NCBI GenBank assembly: GCA_963702845.1
Contig: OY969763.1
Location: 5,952,001 to 6,016,000 of the forward strand
DNA from: an uncultured Verrucomicrobiae bacterium
Lineage (GTDB): Bacteria; Verrucomicrobiota; Verrucomicrobiia; Limisphaerales; Palsa-1400
Direction of reading: 5' to 3'
DNA: 64,000 nucleotides
Shown here: positions 11,970 to 22,983 of the stretch, in pieces
Numbering within the stretch: position 1 is the first letter of the stretch
Layout: each line of letters begins with the position of its first letter
Made by a program: the position numbers and the translations under genes
The notes under the pieces: model-generated
Database searches by the model: none
What the model saw: the letters and a program-made list of their open reading frames with translations, nothing else
What the model was told of the DNA's origin: nothing

Positions 11970-12773
11970 TCAAGCACTCGCGCTCGTGTAGCGTCGAATC
12001 GAGAATTTCCAAAACAGCTCCGACGCGATAAAGCACACGCCCGTCATGACGACGAGCAGGAGCATTTCAAACGACGAATCCAATCGTTGCGTTAACAGTT
12101 TCACCGGTACGTTTGCGACCAACAACATCGGCAACGCAAACATGAAAAACGCCTTGAAAAAACCGCGGTCGAACGCCGCGTCCGGCAAACGTGAGATCTG
12201 GAACAGATTGTAGTAACCCCAAACGATTCCCTGCGCGCGCACTGTCCAGAACGCCACCGTCGTGAGCAAAAACATGAGCGAGTAATGGATAAGGATACCG
12301 GCTACGCAGAGCAGGAAGAATCCAACCACCTGCATCGCCGTCGGTATTAAATGCATCTGCTTTGCCGCATAACCCATCACCGCCAGCGCCGACGATGCAT
12401 TCACGAACCCTCCCAAATCCACCTGCCGTAACGATATCAAAAATCGTGTGTTGATTGGCAGCAACATCATGAAATCGAGACGGCCGGTTCGAATCAGTTC
12501 CGACAACTGGACGCAATTCGTCAGGAAAAAGGCCTGGAAAATCTGTTGAATGAAATGGCTGGCGCCGACGAGCATAACGACCTGCCATTTCGTCCACGTG
12601 CCGATGTGGTCGGTGTGCAAGTAAATCACGCCGATGAAGCAAAGTTGGAGACCGAACCAAAGCAGTTCTACGAAAATCCAGAGGATGAAGTTGCTCTTGA
12701 ATCCCATTTCGCGAACAACGGAATTGCGCCAGAGCGCCGCGTAAATGTACAGGTAGCGTTTGAGTTTGGTCAT
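11970..12773 (-). CDS. ABC-2 family transporter permease (DUF990-like)
   Basis: Hydrophobic; IRTGRLDFMMLLPIN motif. Confidence 0.85.
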   Translation of the reverse strand: MTKLKRYLYIYAALWRNSVVREMGFKSNFILWIFVELLWFGLQLCFIGVIYLHTDHIGTWTKWQVVMLVGASHFIQQIFQAFFLTNCVQLSELIRTGRLDFMMLLPINTRFLISLRQVDLGGFVNASSALAVMGYAAKQMHLIPTAMQVVGFFLLCVAGILIHYSLMFLLTTVAFWTVRAQGIVWGYYNLFQISRLPDAAFDRGFFKAFFMFALPMLLVANVPVKLLTQRLDSSFEMLLLVVMTGVCFIASELFWKFSIRRYTSASA

Positions 12774-12775
12774 CC

Positions 12776-13576
12776 TTAGCCTCCCACCGCCGAATATTTT
12801 CTAATCCCGCGATTCCAGGTAAACCGCGCCAATACGTAAAACACAACTACCCATCCAATCTGGATCAGCAACCCATGCCAAAGCGCGTCGCCTTTCACGT
12901 TGCCGAGATAAACGCTCACCGGGAAAAAAAGCAGATATGGAAACGGCGTGTAATTCAACACCGCCGCCACAGCCGGCGGTAAAATATTCAAGGGAAACAA
13001 ATGGCCCCCGGCGACGTATTCAAACGCGAACACAATGAAGATGAACGTCGACACTTCCAACACCCAGAACGCCAGCAGCGCCATCGTGTAAGACATGCAG
13101 AATTGCAACACGCCCGTCAGCGCGACGGACAACACAAACAACCCGAATGTCGCCAGATTCGGCGGAGCGACGAAATATTGACGCATGCAATAGATGAAAA
13201 TCCCGACTGGAATTAACGAGACTACGGTGAAAATCAGTTTCCCCGAAAAAAACAGGCAAATCCGATACGCCATGTAGTCAATGGGCTTCAGCAGAAACTG
13301 GCTGATGGCGCCGTCCTTGATGTCCGTAGCAATTTGCCAATCGTCCTCCGTCACCGCCGTCAATGTGTCCACAATCGTGACCAGCAGATAATAAGAGATC
13401 ATGCCCGCGAGCGAAAAACCCCCGATGTCGCCGGATTGCCCGCGAAAGACCGTGCGCCATAGATAAATGGTCGCCAGCAACGGGACCAGGCTGAACGCCG
13501 CCCGAAAGAAAAAGTTAAAGCGATAAACCAGCGTGTTTTGCACGCCGGTCTTCATCACATGCCAATACTTCTTCAT
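12776..13576 (-). CDS. ABC-2 family transporter permease (DUF990-like)
   Basis: IKDGAISQFLLKP, GHLFPL.ILP and YSAVGG C-terminus. Confidence 0.85.
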   Translation of the reverse strand: MKKYWHVMKTGVQNTLVYRFNFFFRAAFSLVPLLATIYLWRTVFRGQSGDIGGFSLAGMISYYLLVTIVDTLTAVTEDDWQIATDIKDGAISQFLLKPIDYMAYRICLFFSGKLIFTVVSLIPVGIFIYCMRQYFVAPPNLATFGLFVLSVALTGVLQFCMSYTMALLAFWVLEVSTFIFIVFAFEYVAGGHLFPLNILPPAVAAVLNYTPFPYLLFFPVSVYLGNVKGDALWHGLLIQIGWVVVFYVLARFTWNRGIRKYSAVGG

Positions 13577-13786
13577 TCGACGCCTGTAAACTAATGTGGC
13601 AGCGCGAAAAATAAAGTTTAGTGTGGGGTGGGTTCGACCAATTGCGAATTGGACTTACAGACGATGCGCGAGTAAGAATGGGTTGTTCCCTGCTGATAAC
13701 GTCATTGATGCGCGTGAGCATTTTTGCGCGTTTTTGCGTTGACGTCAGGGGCGGTTTACTCCCGATATTGCATCAGTATAAGAGAT

Positions 13787-15061
13787 ATGAATTCTACTGC
13801 GCAACGCGTGAGCAGCGCCACTAACAATATTGAAGAGCGTTTTCGGAAATATGTCATTCCGTCCTACGCGCGGTTTGATATCGCGCTGACGCACGGAGAA
13901 GGCGCTTACGTGTGGGATGTGGACGGGAAGCGGTATCTTGATTTAGGCGGCGGCATCGCTGTGACGGCGCTCGGCCATGGCAATGTGGAAATTGCGGATG
14001 CCATCGCCACCCAGGCTAAGAAGCTCGTTCACACTTCGAACCTCTACTTCCACGAAGGGCAGGGGAAGATTGCGGAACAGATCGTCAACCTTGTCGGTCC
14101 CGGGAAGATGTTCTTTTGCAACACCGGCGCGGAGGCGAACGAAGGACTTTTCAAACTCGCGCGCAAATTCGGCCATGACGAAGGCCGATTTGAAATCATC
14201 ACTGCTGAAAATTCATTTCACGGGCGCACTCTCGCCGCCATTTCGGCCACGGGCCAGGACAAGGTGAAGAAGGGTTTCGAGCCGATGGTGCAAGGTTTCA
14301 AGCACGTTCCCTATAACGATCTCGATGCCGTGCGCGCCGCGATTTCGCCTTCAACAATCGCCGTTCTTGTCGAAGGCGTGCAGGGTGAAGGCGGCGTTTT
14401 CCCAGCCTCGCCCGAGTATCTGATGGGGCTGCGCAAGTTGTGTAACGAAAAGAAAATGCTGTTGATGATGGACGCGGTGCAGTGCGGCAATTTCCGCACG
14501 GGCCGGTTTCAAAGCTTCCAACGCATTCTCGAAAACACGCCCGAGGCGAAAGATTTTCTGCCGGATGCAATTTCGATGGGTAAATCGCTTGCGGGTGGTT
14601 TGCCAATGGGCGCGTTCTGGGTGCGCCAGCCGTATGCCGACCTGCTCAGTGCCGGAATGCACGGCACCACACTCGGCGGTTCGCCGCTGGTCTGCGCCGC
14701 TGCGCTTAAGTCGATGGAAATTATCCAGCGCGACAAGCTCGCCGACAACGCGCGCGAACTTGGGAATTATTTCAATACGGAGTTGCTCTGGATGCGCGAT
14801 AAGTTTCCGCAAATCATCAAAGATGTGCGCGGCCTCGGTTTGATGATCGGGCTTGAACTCCAGGATACGATCCCCAGCTTCAGCGACAGCGATAAGACGG
14901 TCGCGGCTCAATTTGTCAATCGCTTGCACGACGCTGGCGTTCTCTCCGTGCCCGCGGGCAAGCAGGTCATTCGTTTATTGCCACCGCTCAACCTCAAGGC
15001 TTCGGAAGCCGCTGAGGCGATGAGCATGATTGAGTTGGTTGTGGCCAGGACAGCTTCATGA
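13787..15061 (+). CDS. argD: Acetylornithine aminotransferase
   Basis: Class III aminotransferase motifs (YLDL.GGIAV.ALGH, GAEANE, FHGRT, EGG, K.LAGG); coupled to argF. Confidence 0.92.
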   Translation: MNSTAQRVSSATNNIEERFRKYVIPSYARFDIALTHGEGAYVWDVDGKRYLDLGGGIAVTALGHGNVEIADAIATQAKKLVHTSNLYFHEGQGKIAEQIVNLVGPGKMFFCNTGAEANEGLFKLARKFGHDEGRFEIITAENSFHGRTLAAISATGQDKVKKGFEPMVQGFKHVPYNDLDAVRAAISPSTIAVLVEGVQGEGGVFPASPEYLMGLRKLCNEKKMLLMMDAVQCGNFRTGRFQSFQRILENTPEAKDFLPDAISMGKSLAGGLPMGAFWVRQPYADLLSAGMHGTTLGGSPLVCAAALKSMEIIQRDKLADNARELGNYFNTELLWMRDKFPQIIKDVRGLGLMIGLELQDTIPSFSDSDKTVAAQFVNRLHDAGVLSVPAGKQVIRLLPPLNLKASEAAEAMSMIELVVARTAS

Positions 15062-15957
15062 AACATCTACTGAGTCTGGAAAAGCTTCCCCGCGCGGACA
15101 TGGAATCCATCCTCGCCGCGAGCGTGAAGATGAAACGCGAACGCGGCGCTCACAAAGTCCAACCGCTGGCCGGTCAAACCTGGGCGCTCATTTTCACCAA
15201 ATCATCGACGCGCACGCGCGTGTCATTCGAAGTCGGCATCCATGAACTTGGCGGCAACGTCATGTTCCTCTCGCCGGCCGACTCACAGCTTGGCCGTGGT
15301 GAACCGATTCAGGATACGGCACGGGTCATGGGCCGAATGATCCATGGCGCGGTCATTCGTACCTTCGCGCAGCGCGACATCGAAGTCTTTGCTGAGCATG
15401 CCAAAATTCCGACGATCAATGCCCTGACCGATGACGAGCATCCGTGCCAGATACTTGCCGACATTTTGACAATTCAAGAAAAGCTCGGGCCGATTCAGAA
15501 CAAGGTCGTAACTTTTATTGGTGACGGCGCTTGCAACGTGCCGATCTCCTGGATGTTCGCTGCGGGTAAACTCGGTTTCGAACTGCGCATCGCCGCGCCG
15601 AAAGCATTCCAACCGTCCGCCGAATTGGTCAAACGTGCCGGCGGCAAAATTATTTGCACCGAAGATTTGAACGCCGCCGCTAAAGCCGCCGACGTTCTCT
15701 ACACAGACGTTTGGGTTTCGATGGGCAAAGAAGCCGAAGCAGCTGATCGCATCAAGGTGCTCGGCAGATACCAGATCAATGGCGAATTGTTGAAGCACGC
15801 CAAACCTGGCGCGATGGTCATGCATTGTCTGCCCGCGTATCGCGGCAAAGAAATCGATGATTCGACCCTTGAAGCTCACGCCCAAACCATCTTTGACCAG
15901 GCGGAAAACCGACTGCACGTGCAGAAAGCAGTTCTTAACTGGGCAGTCAGCGCTTAG
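15058..15957 (+). CDS. argF: Ornithine carbamoyltransferase
   Basis: STRTR, HPCQ, DVWVSMG, HCLP and QAENR motifs. Confidence 0.96.
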   Translation: MKHLLSLEKLPRADMESILAASVKMKRERGAHKVQPLAGQTWALIFTKSSTRTRVSFEVGIHELGGNVMFLSPADSQLGRGEPIQDTARVMGRMIHGAVIRTFAQRDIEVFAEHAKIPTINALTDDEHPCQILADILTIQEKLGPIQNKVVTFIGDGACNVPISWMFAAGKLGFELRIAAPKAFQPSAELVKRAGGKIICTEDLNAAAKAADVLYTDVWVSMGKEAEAADRIKVLGRYQINGELLKHAKPGAMVMHCLPAYRGKEIDDSTLEAHAQTIFDQAENRLHVQKAVLNWAVSA

Positions 15958-16018
15958 TGGCCTCACATTTCCGATGTGCGTTTTTCCCGCGCTCGTGCCA
16001 ACATTGTAAGGTCGCGAC

Positions 16019-17185
16019 GTGAAAGCTCTACTCCGCACATCTGAACTTGCCGACATCCACGACAAAGTGGCTGCCGGCCAACGCATCAATGAAGCCGATG
16101 CGCTGCGCCTGTTTGAGTCCAAAGATCTGAACGCGATCGGTGCGATGGCTGAAATCGTGCGCCAGCGGAAGAACGGCAACCGCGCCACCTACATCGTCAA
16201 TTGTTACATCAACTATTCGAATTACTGCATCCTGAGTTGTCAGTTTTGCGCCTTCGCTCGTAAAAAACGCGATGCGGACGGTTTCCAATTCACGGTCGAT
16301 GAAATCGTGCAGAAAGCGCGAAACGCGCTCAGCATCGGCATCACGGAGCTGCATATCGTCGGTGGGCTCCATCCATCACTGCCGTTCAGCTATTATACCG
16401 ACATGTTGCGAGCTCTCAAAGCGCTTGATCCGCGGTTGCAGTTAAAATGTTTTACCGCGATCGAAATCTTGCACCTCGCCTGGCTGGCAAAAAAATCTGT
16501 GCGCGAGACATTGACGGAATTGAAGAGTGCCGGTCTTGAGTCGCTCACCGGTGGCGGCGCGGAAATTTTTGCAAAGAACGTCCGGTCGCAAATCGCAAAA
16601 GGAAAAGAGTCCGCCGAAGAATATCTCGACGTCCACCGCACGTGGCACCATCTCGGCGGTCGCAGCACCTGCACGATGCTTTTTGGGCACATCGAATCCG
16701 TTGCCGATCGTGTGGATCATCTCCGCCAACTTCGCGCATTGCAGGATGAGACACATGGTTTTACCGGCTTTGTTCCCTTGGCCTACCAGCCCGGCAATAA
16801 CGATGTTCCCGTTGAGAATCCGCCATCTGGTTTTGATTGCTTACGCACGATTGCGATCAGCCGAATCTATTTGGATAACTTCGACCATATCACCGCTTAC
16901 TGGATAGGAATGGGAATGAAACTGGCACAGGTCGCGTTGAGTTACGGCGCAGATGATTTGCACGGCACGATTATCGAAGAACACATCTTCCACATGGCTG
17001 GGTCATCAACGCCTCAACTGCAAACCGAAGCGCAAATGATCAAAGCAATTCGCGAAGCCGGCCGCACACCGGTGCAACGCAACACGTTTTACGAGCCACT
17101 GAAGACAGTTGGCGATGGTGAGGCCGAAGAGGCCTCGTCCAATAGGGCATCAAAAATCTTGGAAGCAAACCTCGCCACCGGCTGA
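16019..17185 (+). CDS. mqnE: Aminofutalosine synthase (CofH/MqnE radical SAM)
   Basis: CxxxCxxC (CILSCQFC), GGGAEIF and NFDHITAYW; adjacent to mqnA. Confidence 0.88.
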   Translation: MKALLRTSELADIHDKVAAGQRINEADALRLFESKDLNAIGAMAEIVRQRKNGNRATYIVNCYINYSNYCILSCQFCAFARKKRDADGFQFTVDEIVQKARNALSIGITELHIVGGLHPSLPFSYYTDMLRALKALDPRLQLKCFTAIEILHLAWLAKKSVRETLTELKSAGLESLTGGGAEIFAKNVRSQIAKGKESAEEYLDVHRTWHHLGGRSTCTMLFGHIESVADRVDHLRQLRALQDETHGFTGFVPLAYQPGNNDVPVENPPSGFDCLRTIAISRIYLDNFDHITAYWIGMGMKLAQVALSYGADDLHGTIIEEHIFHMAGSSTPQLQTEAQMIKAIREAGRTPVQRNTFYEPLKTVGDGEAEEASSNRASKILEANLATG

Positions 17186-17186
17186 C

Positions 17187-18068
17187 ATGAGCGATGAAAT
17201 TCCAAAACTGCGCCTCGCTCCGGCTGAAAGCGCCGAAGACTTGAAGCGCCGTTACGAGCGCGAGACGCGTCTTGCTGAGCGTCAGCATGAGGACGAACTG
17301 TCCAGCGGCTTGAAAGGTTTTCGCGTCGGCTCCGTTCCTTACCTCAACGCCATCCCTCTGACTCGTGGAATTGAAGACGAAATCGTTTTCATTCCACCAT
17401 CGCAACTCGCCGAAAAGCTGCGCTGTGATGAACTCGACGCCGCGCTGGTTAGTATCAGCGAAGTATTGATGCATGATAAATACGATATTCTCGACGGCGT
17501 GGCTGTGGCCTCGCTCGGTGAAGTCAAAAGCGTGTTTCTTGCCCATCGTCAGCCGCTCGAAGAAATCAAAGAAATTCACTGCGACACCGCCTCTCTGGCC
17601 GGTTTCAATTTGCTGAAAGTTTTATTAGCCGAACGCGGTCTGAAACCGACCTTGACGCCGCTCGCCAGCTACGCGGAAGCATCGACGAAAGAAAACGTCT
17701 TCCTTATTGGCGATCGCGCCATTGACTTCCTGTTCGGCAATTACGATCACCAGATTTTTGACTTGGGCGCCGCGTGGTATGAGTTGACGAAGCTCCCGTT
17801 CGTTTACGCCGTCTGGGCTCTGCGCCGCGGCGTAAAAAACGATGAACTCCGCCGCCAATTGCATTCAGCAAAAGTGTTCGGCATGGAGACTCTGGACAAC
17901 ATCATCAACACGCGTCCCGAATACACCCTCGATTTCCGCAAGGACTATCTCGGCTGGCACATTCATTACCATCTCGGGACCGATGAGCGTCGCGGCATCG
18001 CCAAATTCGTCGAACTCCTGCGCAAGCATGGTCTGGGACCGGTCCACGAGCCCAAGTTTGTTTCATGA
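17187..18068 (+). CDS. mqnA: Chorismate dehydratase (futalosine menaquinone pathway)
   Basis: VGSVPYLNAIPL, GEVKSV, LIGDRA and DLG..W..LT.LPFVYAVW. Confidence 0.9.
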   Translation: MSDEIPKLRLAPAESAEDLKRRYERETRLAERQHEDELSSGLKGFRVGSVPYLNAIPLTRGIEDEIVFIPPSQLAEKLRCDELDAALVSISEVLMHDKYDILDGVAVASLGEVKSVFLAHRQPLEEIKEIHCDTASLAGFNLLKVLLAERGLKPTLTPLASYAEASTKENVFLIGDRAIDFLFGNYDHQIFDLGAAWYELTKLPFVYAVWALRRGVKNDELRRQLHSAKVFGMETLDNIINTRPEYTLDFRKDYLGWHIHYHLGTDERRGIAKFVELLRKHGLGPVHEPKFVS

Positions 18069-19114
18069 CGAAACTCGCCATCATCGTTGCTTTTCTTGCT
18101 TCCATGACAACCGCCATGTGTCAACTAAACGAGCGCGCAATTGACGAATTATTCCGTGATTTTTCCGGAGACCAGCCGGGCGCGAGCGTTATGGTGATTC
18201 GAGACGGCAAACCGATTTTTGCCAAGGCCTACGGGATGGCCAACGTCGAACAAAATGTTCGATGCACAACGAACTCCAATTTCCGTCTCGCATCTGTGAC
18301 GAAGCAGTTCACCGCGATGGGCATCATGATTTTGGTCGAGCGCGGCAAGCTGTCGCTCGACGATAAGATCACAAAATTCTTTCCCGGCTTTCCAAAATAC
18401 GGCGACCAGATCACCGTTCGCCATTTGCTGACGCACACGTCCGGCGTCTTCGATTACGATGACCACGTTCCACCGGGAACTACCGTTCAACTCAAAGACA
18501 AAGACGTCCTACAAACTGTCAGAGAGCACGATGGGGCCTATTTTCCGCCCGGAACCAAATTCCGTTACAGCAATTCCGGTTACGCGCTGCTCGCGTTGAT
18601 CATCGAAAAAGTTTCCAGTCAGAGTTACGCGCAGTTTCAAAAGGCGAATATCTTTGATCCAGTTGGCATGAAGAATACGGTGGCATTTGAGGAAGGTATT
18701 TCCACCGTTCAAAACCGCGCGTTCGGCTATGCCCGGGAGAATTCGACTCTTGTTCCAAAAGATCAAAGCCTGACCAGCGCTGTGCTGGGCGATGGCGGCA
18801 TTTATTCGTCAGTGGTCGATCTCTTCAAATGGGATCAGGCGCTTTATACCGAGAAACTGATCAGCTCAAAAATGCTCAAGGACGCTTACACCGTGCACTC
18901 AAAGGACTCAGACATGGCCGGCAGCGGTTACGGTTACGGTTGGTATGTGGCCGGCCCCGATCACGTCTGGCACTACGGCAGCACTTGTGGTTTCAATACG
19001 ATGATCAATCGCTTCCCGCAAAAGAAAACCACCATCATCATTTTGACGAATCGTAACGACGCGAAGCTCGCGGAATTAACACCGAAACTTGTTGCTTTGG
19101 TGATGGCCCGGTAG
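18065..19114 (+). CDS. Serine hydrolase, beta-lactamase/AmpC family, exported
   Basis: SxxK (FRLASVTK), LLTHTSG, YSN and HYG motifs; signal peptide. Confidence 0.9.
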   Translation: MTKLAIIVAFLASMTTAMCQLNERAIDELFRDFSGDQPGASVMVIRDGKPIFAKAYGMANVEQNVRCTTNSNFRLASVTKQFTAMGIMILVERGKLSLDDKITKFFPGFPKYGDQITVRHLLTHTSGVFDYDDHVPPGTTVQLKDKDVLQTVREHDGAYFPPGTKFRYSNSGYALLALIIEKVSSQSYAQFQKANIFDPVGMKNTVAFEEGISTVQNRAFGYARENSTLVPKDQSLTSAVLGDGGIYSSVVDLFKWDQALYTEKLISSKMLKDAYTVHSKDSDMAGSGYGYGWYVAGPDHVWHYGSTCGFNTMINRFPQKKTTIIILTNRNDAKLAELTPKLVALVMAR

Positions 19115-19124
19115 GGCGAGGATT

Positions 19125-19956
19125 CTATTTCGGATCAAGCCTCATCAACTCAAACGTTGGCTCGCGATCCTTCCAAATCGTCACCAGCGTCCAGCCCTCC
19201 AATTTCGCATTGCGTGGGAAGCCGAAGGAAATCGCAGGCGCGCCGAGTAACAGTATGTCGTGATCATGGTTCACGAGTTCTTTGTGCAAATGGCCGCTGA
19301 GCACCGCTTTCACCCTGGCCGTCTCGCAAAGCTTTAGCAGGCGCAGGCGCTGTTCTGGTTCGACATTCCAATATCCGCCGCCTGCTTCGGTCGCGTTCGT
19401 CACGAAGAGCGGATAGTGCATGAACAAAATCTTCGGCGTGTCGTTGGTTTTCGCGAGCTCGAGTTCCAAAAACTTCCATTGATCGCGTTCGCGCGCAAAA
19501 CCGCTGCCGAAAAGCGACGCGTCCACACCGATGACATGAATGCCGTGTTCGTCCCTGGCGAAGAATGACGGGCCCATCACACGTTCGTAATTTTTCACAC
19601 TGTCGACGGTGACGGTTCCGTTTGTTTTGCCGGAATTTATTTTGTGTCCCACATCGTGATTGCCGGGAACGTAATAGACCGGTGCGTTGAGTTTTTTCGC
19701 GCGATTACGACACTCGCGCAATTGCTCTGGCTTTCCGCCGTTCGAGAGGTCGCCGGTGACGAGAACGAAATCAACTTTTGCCTTATTTACAGCCGCGATG
19801 GCCTTTTCGAAGTGCTGTTCGTAAACGCCGTCATGCTCATTTGTGCGTAACATCGTGTGCGTATCCGAAAGCAGCGATGCGCGCGACCGGAGTGTCCTTT
19901 GACAACACGCTGCACGCGACCGCCAGCACGAGCCAGAGCACGAGGAAACGTTTCAT
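19125..19956 (-). CDS. Exported metallophosphoesterase; frameshift near 19875
   Basis: ATG 19956 gives signal peptide MKRFLVLWLVLAVACS; LSDTH, GD, GNHD and GHLH motifs are in the shifted frame 19125..19853. Confidence 0.82.
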
Positions 19957-20096
19957 GTCGCAAGGTTTAACATTCACGCGGGGGTTTGTCAGAGAAAATG
20001 GTAAGCCGGGCTCCTGACTTTTCCCCTCAACAAATAGGACGGACTACTTATTTGCACGAGGCAGGTCGGTCGTACCTTATTAACGAGGAGGCATTT

Positions 20097-20795
20097 ATGG
20101 CAGATGAAATCATTTATCCGGTGAATGGTAAACGCGTGTGGTGGGGCGCCATTTTTGCGGGCGGCATCGTCACTTTGCTGGTCAGCTTCATGTTGGGCTT
20201 GCTCGGAATTGCCATCGGTGCTGCAAATGTTGACTTCCGCAACGGGATTTCCACCAGCGGCGTTGGGCAAAGCGCGTTGATCTGGTGGCTTGTCATTACC
20301 TTTGTGGCCTACTTTTGCGGTGGTTGCGTCGCGGGCAGGTTGGCGAACGTATTCCGACGCGGTGACGCCATGCTGCACGGCATAGTCACTTGGGGCGTTG
20401 TTACGATCGCGGTCGTTGTCCTTGTTGGTTCGGCATTCGGTGGTGTTCTTTCGGGCATGACGAACTTCCTTGCGGGCGGTCTGCAAGGGCAGGGGAGCCA
20501 ACGATTCAGCGCGCACACTCAGATGAACGAACCCGCCGGTGGCAATGTAAACGTTGCTAACGCGAATTCTTCGGCCGAAAATAAATCTGAAGCGACGCAG
20601 TCGACGTCATCGTCAGACCAGGACCGGCAACAACTGCGTGAAACCGCCGGGGCCGCCGCTCAAATGACCTCCGAAGCTGCCACTTGGACGCTGGTTGCGC
20701 TGGCCGTTGGCGGATTGGCTGCACTGTTCGGTGGCGCTTCTGGTTTGGGAAGAACGCGACTGAAAACCACCACCACGACGACAGCGCGAGCGTAG
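20097..20795 (+). CDS. Hypothetical integral membrane protein
   Basis: GAGGAGG RBS before ATG 20097; WGAIFAG and LHGIVTW hydrophobic segments. Confidence 0.8.
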   Translation: MADEIIYPVNGKRVWWGAIFAGGIVTLLVSFMLGLLGIAIGAANVDFRNGISTSGVGQSALIWWLVITFVAYFCGGCVAGRLANVFRRGDAMLHGIVTWGVVTIAVVVLVGSAFGGVLSGMTNFLAGGLQGQGSQRFSAHTQMNEPAGGNVNVANANSSAENKSEATQSTSSSDQDRQQLRETAGAAAQMTSEAATWTLVALAVGGLAALFGGASGLGRTRLKTTTTTTARA

Positions 20796-20829
20796 GCGCC
20801 GCAAAAGATGTTTCTAAAGTCGGAATTTT

Positions 20830-22974
20830 GTGCATCATTCTGGAGTGAAGGTTCTTCTCCGAACACTGCTGGTATTTTTCATCGTCCTATCTGCACACGC
20901 CGCAGCGAATACCCAATGGCGGTTAGTCCTTTCGACGGAGAGCGTTCAACCCGGCCAAACCGTCATGGCTGGGCTCGAGATGAAAATCCCGACGAAGTGG
21001 CATACTTACTGGCGCAACCCTGGCGATTCCGGAATTGCGACATCGATTAAATGGACTCTTCCGCCCGGTGTCAAAGCCGGCGAAATCCTATGGCCGGTTC
21101 CCAGAAAATTCACTGAAAGCCAGGGCGAAATCAGTCTGGTCACCTACATTTACGAAGACACGGCTGTTCTATTGATCCCGCTCGAAATTTCCAAAGACGT
21201 TCCGTCCGGTCGCTTGGACATTCAGGGTAAAGTCTCCTGGCAGGAATGTGAGCAACTCTGCGTTCAAGGCCACACCGATGTCACCGCTACGCTCAACATC
21301 GGAACTGAAACAAAGCCTTCCGCAGACGCAGCTTTGATCGATCAATGGCGTCAACGCCTGCCAATAGCCGAACCAAAACCGAACGCCAAAGCATATTGGG
21401 AATCCGCCACTGCGACGGCTGACGAAAGGACCGTCGTCATCGAGTGGCAGACGTCTGACCCGAAAGCGGATTTTTTTCCTTACAAACAATCCGGCTTCGA
21501 CGTGGGCGGTCGGACCGAGGCTCAACCCGTTGGCAGGCGCGATGCGGAAAAGCTGCAAGCAATCAAGTTGCGAAAAGTGTTTTCGAAATCCGAAGGCGGC
21601 TGGCCAACCAGTTTGACTGGCGTTCTGGTCACTGGTGCAAATGAAGGATACGAAGTCACGTTGCCAATCAGCTCAGCTCCCGTCGCCGCGATTGCAAGAA
21701 CCGGCGCCAATTCGGCCTCGCTGATAAAAATGCTCTTCTACGCGCTTCTCGGCGGCCTGATTCTAAATATCATGCCGTGCGTTCTCCCAGTGATCGCGTT
21801 GAAAGTTTTGGGCTTCGTCAACCAGGCGAAAGAAGAACCCCGGCTCGTTCGCAAGCTCGGAATTGTTTACGGAGTTGGTGTTCTCGTGTCGTTTTTCGTG
21901 CTCGCCCTCATCGCGATTGGCGTCCAAAAAGCCGGCGGCGTTCCGGATTGGGGGACCGCCTTCCGCAACCCGGTTTTCCGCGTTTTGATTACGATCCTGA
22001 TCACGCTGGTCGCTCTTAACCTGTTTGGGTTATTCGAGGTCACCTTGAACGGAAGCACCCTCGGTGCAGCAGCGGAACTAACGGCCAAAGAGGGCTACCC
22101 CGGCGCATTCTTCAATGGTGTGCTGGCCACGATCCTCGCTACACCCTGCACGGCACCGTTCCTTGTCGGCGCGCTGGCCTTTGCATTTACGCAACCACCG
22201 CCGATTATCGTCTTAACCTTTCTCGTCGTTGGGATTGGTTTGGCGCTTCCGTTTGTCATTATTTGCCTCGACCCGCGCCTGCTCAAATTCCTGCCGAAAC
22301 CCGGAGTCTGGATGCATCATTTCAAAGTCGCCATGGGTTTTCCGGTGCTTGCGACCGCCATGTGGCTCTTCTGGTTGACCGCCACGCGCATGGGCAGATC
22401 GGGCGTCCTGTGGTTCGGTCTCTTTCTCGTGATGCTTGCTTTCGCCGCGTGGGTCTGGGGCCAATTTGTCCAACGCACCTTCAAACGTCGCGGATTCGCC
22501 ATCGGCGCGGCCCTGTTGGTGCTGGTTGTTGGCTACACCTACATTCTTGAAGGCAAACTCGCCTGGCGTTCCAATGGAATGATCAAAGAAGCGATTGTCT
22601 GGAAACCGTGGAGTTCCGAGGCTGTTGAAAAGGCGCGCCGCGACGGTCATCCCGTTCTCGTCGATTTCACAGCCGATTCATGCCTCAACTGCCAGTTCAA
22701 CAAACTGACCAGCATCGAAGTCGCACCGACTGAAAAGAAGCTGAAAGAAATCGGTGCGGAGACTTTCGTGGCCGACTATACGGATCAAAGTCCTGTAATC
22801 GCCAAAGAACTTCAACGTTATGATCGGCCCGGTGTGCCTCTTGTCCTGGTTTTTCCCACGGACCTCAACAAACCAGCAATCGTGCTACCGCCACTGTTGA
22901 CGAAATCCATCGTCCTACACGCGCTTGATGAAGCTGTGGGCACGGTCGCTCCGAATCAGAGCGCCTCTCGCTGA
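20830..22974 (+). CDS. dsbD: Protein-disulfide reductase DsbD family (DsbD-N, TM and thioredoxin domains)
   Basis: WHTYWRNPGDSG, CxxxC, LNIMPCVLP, ATPCTAP and DFTADSCLNC. Confidence 0.9.
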   Translation: MHHSGVKVLLRTLLVFFIVLSAHAAANTQWRLVLSTESVQPGQTVMAGLEMKIPTKWHTYWRNPGDSGIATSIKWTLPPGVKAGEILWPVPRKFTESQGEISLVTYIYEDTAVLLIPLEISKDVPSGRLDIQGKVSWQECEQLCVQGHTDVTATLNIGTETKPSADAALIDQWRQRLPIAEPKPNAKAYWESATATADERTVVIEWQTSDPKADFFPYKQSGFDVGGRTEAQPVGRRDAEKLQAIKLRKVFSKSEGGWPTSLTGVLVTGANEGYEVTLPISSAPVAAIARTGANSASLIKMLFYALLGGLILNIMPCVLPVIALKVLGFVNQAKEEPRLVRKLGIVYGVGVLVSFFVLALIAIGVQKAGGVPDWGTAFRNPVFRVLITILITLVALNLFGLFEVTLNGSTLGAAAELTAKEGYPGAFFNGVLATILATPCTAPFLVGALAFAFTQPPPIIVLTFLVVGIGLALPFVIICLDPRLLKFLPKPGVWMHHFKVAMGFPVLATAMWLFWLTATRMGRSGVLWFGLFLVMLAFAAWVWGQFVQRTFKRRGFAIGAALLVLVVGYTYILEGKLAWRSNGMIKEAIVWKPWSSEAVEKARRDGHPVLVDFTADSCLNCQFNKLTSIEVAPTEKKLKEIGAETFVADYTDQSPVIAKELQRYDRPGVPLVLVFPTDLNKPAIVLPPLLTKSIVLHALDEAVGTVAPNQSASR

Positions 22975-22983
22975 TCCGCTGAA

